Part shown: positions 36,674-41,226 of the stretch, piece after piece
Layout: each line of letters opens with the position of its first letter
Numbering within the stretch: the stretch's first letter is position 1
Assembly: GCA_020445145.1 (NCBI GenBank)
Contig: JAGRHC010000026.1
Coordinates: forward strand, 10,035-51,260
Direction: 5' to 3'
Length of the DNA stretch: 41,226 bases
Origin: Alphaproteobacteria bacterium
GTDB lineage: Bacteria; Pseudomonadota; Alphaproteobacteria; Micavibrionales; Micavibrionaceae
The notes under the pieces: generated by a model
Told to the model about the DNA's origin: nothing
The model's database searches: none
Seen by the model: the letters and a program-made list of their open reading frames with translations, nothing else
Position numbers and translations under genes: made by a program

Positions 36674-38158
36674 TTACATCGAGCCGTTGAGCTGACCTTC
36701 CAGTATTTTGATGCGCTCTTCGTAGCTACGCTGCTGGTTCGCCAGATCGCTCCTGGCCTGACTCAGCTCCTCTTCGAGTGTTGTCAGTTTTGCCAGTTGT
36801 TGCTGGCTGGTCACTTGGGGATCGAAGAGCATATCTTCCAGATTTTGTTTTTCCTGCGTACATTGTGCCTGCTGCGCTTTGAGTTCGCGACCCAGACGTG
36901 TAATCTGACGCTCGGACTCGTTATAACGCATCGTGGCACGCTCGAGATTCCAGTTATCTGATGAGACGGACAGACGATCTTTTTCGGCATCCTTCAACGC
37001 TGATTTCAGTTCGTCCTCGAGATTACCGTTTTCGCTTTTCAGACGGCTGATCTGATCCTCTAAAACAGATACTTTTTGTTGCAATGCGGTCATATCTGCG
37101 CTTCCGATACTGCGATTCTCGGCCGCAGCATATTCGTCAGCGCTATCGGGCATAACCCCTGATCCGGGCTCGATTTGTTGCAGGTTATTTCCGATCTCTT
37201 CCGGCGCACTTCTTTGATCAAGCGCAGCGAGAGACTCCCCAACAACTGCCGGAGACGTTTTCAATTCGCTGCTCTCACGGGCCTCAGAAAGGCCAACCTT
37301 TGTAAAGTCAGCTTCCAGCCTTGCAGATTCTTTAGTGATCTCCGGCGCCGGACTTTCATATCTTTTGCTGCGCACAACCGGCTCTTCCGGCATAGCTATT
37401 GGCTCTGGCGCCGGCTCCGTAATAGCGACAGGCTCTTGCGTTACACCTTTTTGCTTGTCTTCTCTAATTTTACTCGCCAAGCGATTGATCAAACTTCCTT
37501 TTTCTGACGCGATTTCAGCCGGCTTTTGCTGCGCTTCTATATTGCTGGCCACTGCAGGCGGCGCTGCTGAATAGGCTTCTGAGGCGTAATCCTCCAAAGC
37601 AGCAGGATTTTCCACCTCATCCAAAGATGCTGTTTGATTCTGTTCCAGCGGCTCTATGCACGTATTGTAGTCTTTCATTGCTGCGGCGAGACCGGTCAGA
37701 TAAAAGCGAAATTCATTGCCTTTGACATCGACGTCTACGACGCTTGCCGTGCGCAGCGCAGAAGAGAACTCATCCTGGCCACGGAGGTCAGTGACAAGCA
37801 TATTTGCTTTAAACGCTTTGGTTGGAATATTTTTTTCGGTGACGCCGGGAACGCTGTAGCTGACATCATAAGATGTGTTTTGAGAGAATGTCGGCTGGCG
37901 GAAATCAATATTGATGTTGGTGAAACCTTCGGGGGAACCCGCGAACTGAATATTGTAACCGTTGTTAAAGGTATTGCTCAGCATACATACCGGTGCGCCC
38001 GAAGGTGATTTTTCAGCAGGAATAGATTGAACCGTCCATTTTTGGGCAGGGTAGAAGTAGAGCGAGGGATCGTCAGAGGCCTGCGCTGTAAAAAGACCAC
38101 CCGAACCGAATACCAGATATCCGGCCAGAAATGAGGTTGCCATAAGTTTCTTCATCAT
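36674..38158 (-). CDS. Secreted protein: IalB-like (invasion-associated locus B family) N-terminal domain, disordered linker, C-terminal coiled-coil
   Basis: MMKKLMATSFLAGYLVFGSGGLFTAQA signal peptide. The QKWTVQSIPAEKSPSGAPVCMLSN...EFRFYLTGLAAAMKDYNTCIE region matches the IalB pattern (W-x-V-x-C..C-M.. / ..SL-G-F..A....C). About 150 aa of Pro/Glu/Ala-rich low complexity follow. The last roughly 150 aa are heptad-like (LEDELKSALKDAEKD...LEEELSQARSDL). The ORF is open to 38227. Confidence 0.65.
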   Translation of the reverse strand: MMKKLMATSFLAGYLVFGSGGLFTAQASDDPSLYFYPAQKWTVQSIPAEKSPSGAPVCMLSNTFNNGYNIQFAGSPEGFTNINIDFRQPTFSQNTSYDVSYSVPGVTEKNIPTKAFKANMLVTDLRGQDEFSSALRTASVVDVDVKGNEFRFYLTGLAAAMKDYNTCIEPLEQNQTASLDEVENPAALEDYASEAYSAAPPAVASNIEAQQKPAEIASEKGSLINRLASKIREDKQKGVTQEPVAITEPAPEPIAMPEEPVVRSKRYESPAPEITKESARLEADFTKVGLSEARESSELKTSPAVVGESLAALDQRSAPEEIGNNLQQIEPGSGVMPDSADEYAAAENRSIGSADMTALQQKVSVLEDQISRLKSENGNLEDELKSALKDAEKDRLSVSSDNWNLERATMRYNESERQITRLGRELKAQQAQCTQEKQNLEDMLFDPQVTSQQQLAKLTTLEEELSQARSDLANQQRSYEERIKILEGQLNGSM

Positions 38159-38275
38159 GTGATTCAGTCCCGAGAAATGAAAGTGCCGGAAAGGAAGGAA
38201 GAGCCCGGCGAAGTGATTCGTATACACTTTTATTGTGCCTCAAGATTCTTTCTATATCAAAGCACAGTTAAAAAG

Positions 38276-38311
38276 TTTTCCCCTGTTTTTTGGGGAAAAA
38301 GACGGTATAAT
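38276..38311 (+). promoter_or_regulatory. Perfect 8-bp/8-bp palindrome TTTTCCCC-N8-GGGGAAAA, then a consensus TATAAT -10 box 6 nt before the SCP2 ATG (candidate operator plus leaderless promoter)
   Basis: Palindrome at 38276-38299. TATAAT at 38306-38311. ATG at 38318. No SD between the -10 and the ATG. Confidence 0.4.
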
Positions 38312-38317
38312 TCTTGT

Positions 38318-38623
38318 ATGACTTTAGAAGATTTTATGGATGCTGTTCAAAAACGCCTGCTTACAGCGCCGCCGCTCGGGGCGCGGGTGCAGTTTGATTT
38401 TGGAGATGATGGGAAACTTTTCCTTGACGGGAGAGGCCCTGCGCCTGTCGTTACCCTTGGGGATGGCGGTGAGGCGGAGACTGGTCTTAAATGCTCTCTT
38501 GCGACGTTTCAGGATATTTTAAGCGGCGCTCTCGACCCGACGATGGCTTATATGATGGGGAAACTCAAAATACAAGGCTCGATGGGGTACGCCCTGAAAC
38601 TCAGCAATATGCTGGAAGACTGA
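38318..38623 (+). CDS. SCP2 (sterol carrier protein-2) domain protein
   Basis: 101 aa. TLEDFMDAVQKRLL...FDFGDDGKLFLDG...MAYMMGKLKIQGSMGYALKL is the SCP2 fold signature. The ORF is open from 38159. Confidence 0.75.
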   Translation: MTLEDFMDAVQKRLLTAPPLGARVQFDFGDDGKLFLDGRGPAPVVTLGDGGEAETGLKCSLATFQDILSGALDPTMAYMMGKLKIQGSMGYALKLSNMLED

Positions 38624-38625
38624 TC

Positions 38626-39306
38626 CTAGAGTCCCCTGCCCTTGATATCGTCCACGATCGCTTGCGCCTGGTCTTTGTCCGGGTACAAGGCGACAAGTTC
38701 GTTTTCCGGGCCCATCAGGTACATGTAGGTTGAATGATCCATCATGTAATTGTCGTCTTCCGGCATCTCCATATGCATGTGCTCATGCCCCTCCATCTTC
38801 GGGCTTTCCGCTTTTTTGGCGTAGACGTGCCATTCTGACATCACCGCATCGATTTGCTCCTGCGTGCCGGTTAAGCCGATCATGCGGGCGTGGAATTGCG
38901 GGATATAATCCTTGAGCGCCTCTACCGTGTCTCTTGCGGGGTCGACCGTGATGAAAATCGGCTGGATGTTCTCCCCTTGCGGGCCCAGCGTATCGAGCAC
39001 TTGCGTCATTTTCTGCAGCGCTGTCGGGCAGATCATCGGGCAGGAGGTGTAACCGAAAAAGATCAGCTTGTATTTTCCTTCGAAATCCTTGTCGGTCATT
39101 GTGTTCCCGTTCTGATCGAGAAGTGAGAAAGGCCCGCCGATTGAAGAGGTATGATCTGTCGCTTCCGGCTTTGATTCCACCTTTCCCGAAGTCACCGCGA
39201 CGGGGCTTCCAGCAGACGGGATATCCGTTTTTTTATGCGTGTAAGCAAGACCGACGGCAACGCCTACTCCCAACAAAATTCCCAGACGAATGGCGTGATG
39301 TTTCAT
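38626..39306 (-). CDS. SCO1/SenC family copper chaperone (thioredoxin fold)
   Basis: N-terminal TM. CPMICP CxxxC motif and downstream conserved His. A Met/His-rich insertion KMEGHEHMHMEMPEDDNYMMDH. Confidence 0.85.
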   Translation of the reverse strand: MKHHAIRLGILLGVGVAVGLAYTHKKTDIPSAGSPVAVTSGKVESKPEATDHTSSIGGPFSLLDQNGNTMTDKDFEGKYKLIFFGYTSCPMICPTALQKMTQVLDTLGPQGENIQPIFITVDPARDTVEALKDYIPQFHARMIGLTGTQEQIDAVMSEWHVYAKKAESPKMEGHEHMHMEMPEDDNYMMDHSTYMYLMGPENELVALYPDKDQAQAIVDDIKGRGL

Positions 39307-39398
39307 GTCAAAGCCCCCTTGCGTGCGATCCAGCCTTTATACGCCTTACAGGAAACCTTGACAATTCTTTTGGTTATGCCACATTCGGGCAAACATCA

Positions 39399-39477
39399 AA
39401 CCTTCGGGGTGCCCGCTTGCGGCGGGCTGAGAGCAGACCCGTTGAACCTGTCGGTTCGGACCGGCGCAGGGAAAGGA
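39399..39477 (+). promoter_or_regulatory. TPP (thiamine pyrophosphate) riboswitch, THI element
   Basis: GGGGTGCC (39406-39413), CTGAGA (39427-39432), ACCC-gt-TGAACCTG (39437-39450), GGTTCGGACCGGCG, AGGGAA (39468-39473). The P1 3' strand overlaps the AGGAA Shine-Dalgarno of the downstream ATG at 39484. Confidence 0.85.
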
Positions 39478-39483
39478 ATTATT

Positions 39484-41226
<1,743 letters not shown>

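Overview
This 41.2-kb window reads as an alphaproteobacterial chromosome segment: dense conserved housekeeping operons broken by several AT-rich, lineage-specific ORFs. The lineage assignment rests on gene content and order only. Supporting content is a FYDLN_acid protein, a DUF3108-like protein, an IalB-like domain, a polylysine-tailed YidC, and dapD/dapE with a gene inserted between them.

Confident core genes:
- clpA and clpS, separated by an opposite-strand membrane-fused spermidine-synthase-like gene.
- A UbiH-family hydroxylase.
- The rpmH-rnpA-yidD-yidC-engB cluster.
- rmuC, def-fmt-truA, dapE and dapD.
- glmU, a flotillin-like SPFH gene, then glmS.
- prmA, a FYDLN_acid zinc-ribbon protein, and a fatty-acid beta-oxidation cluster (thiolase, FadN-like fused dehydrogenase/hydratase, long acyl-CoA dehydrogenase).
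- An SCP2 gene, an SCO1/SenC copper chaperone, and a TPP riboswitch ahead of thiC.

No rRNA, tRNA or CRISPR array was recognised.

The beta-oxidation cluster has a ceramidase-family 7-TM hydrolase and a half-size EamA transporter embedded in it. The TPP riboswitch controls a CHMI-like tautomerase gene followed directly by thiC. A roughly 148-bp palindromic MITE-like element sits at 17487-17634. It has about 28-bp terminal inverted repeats and TA target duplications, and a second, truncated copy occupies bp 1-25. Both copies abut a TAG stop codon.

The lineage-specific ORFs are a 430-aa ORFan wedged between dapE and dapD, a 397-aa coiled-coil ORFan, a 494-aa secreted IalB-like/coiled-coil protein, a three-gene AT-rich islet between clpS and the UbiH-family gene, and an orphan TadE/G-like membrane protein. 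All functional calls are from reading translated motifs by eye. No database search was run.
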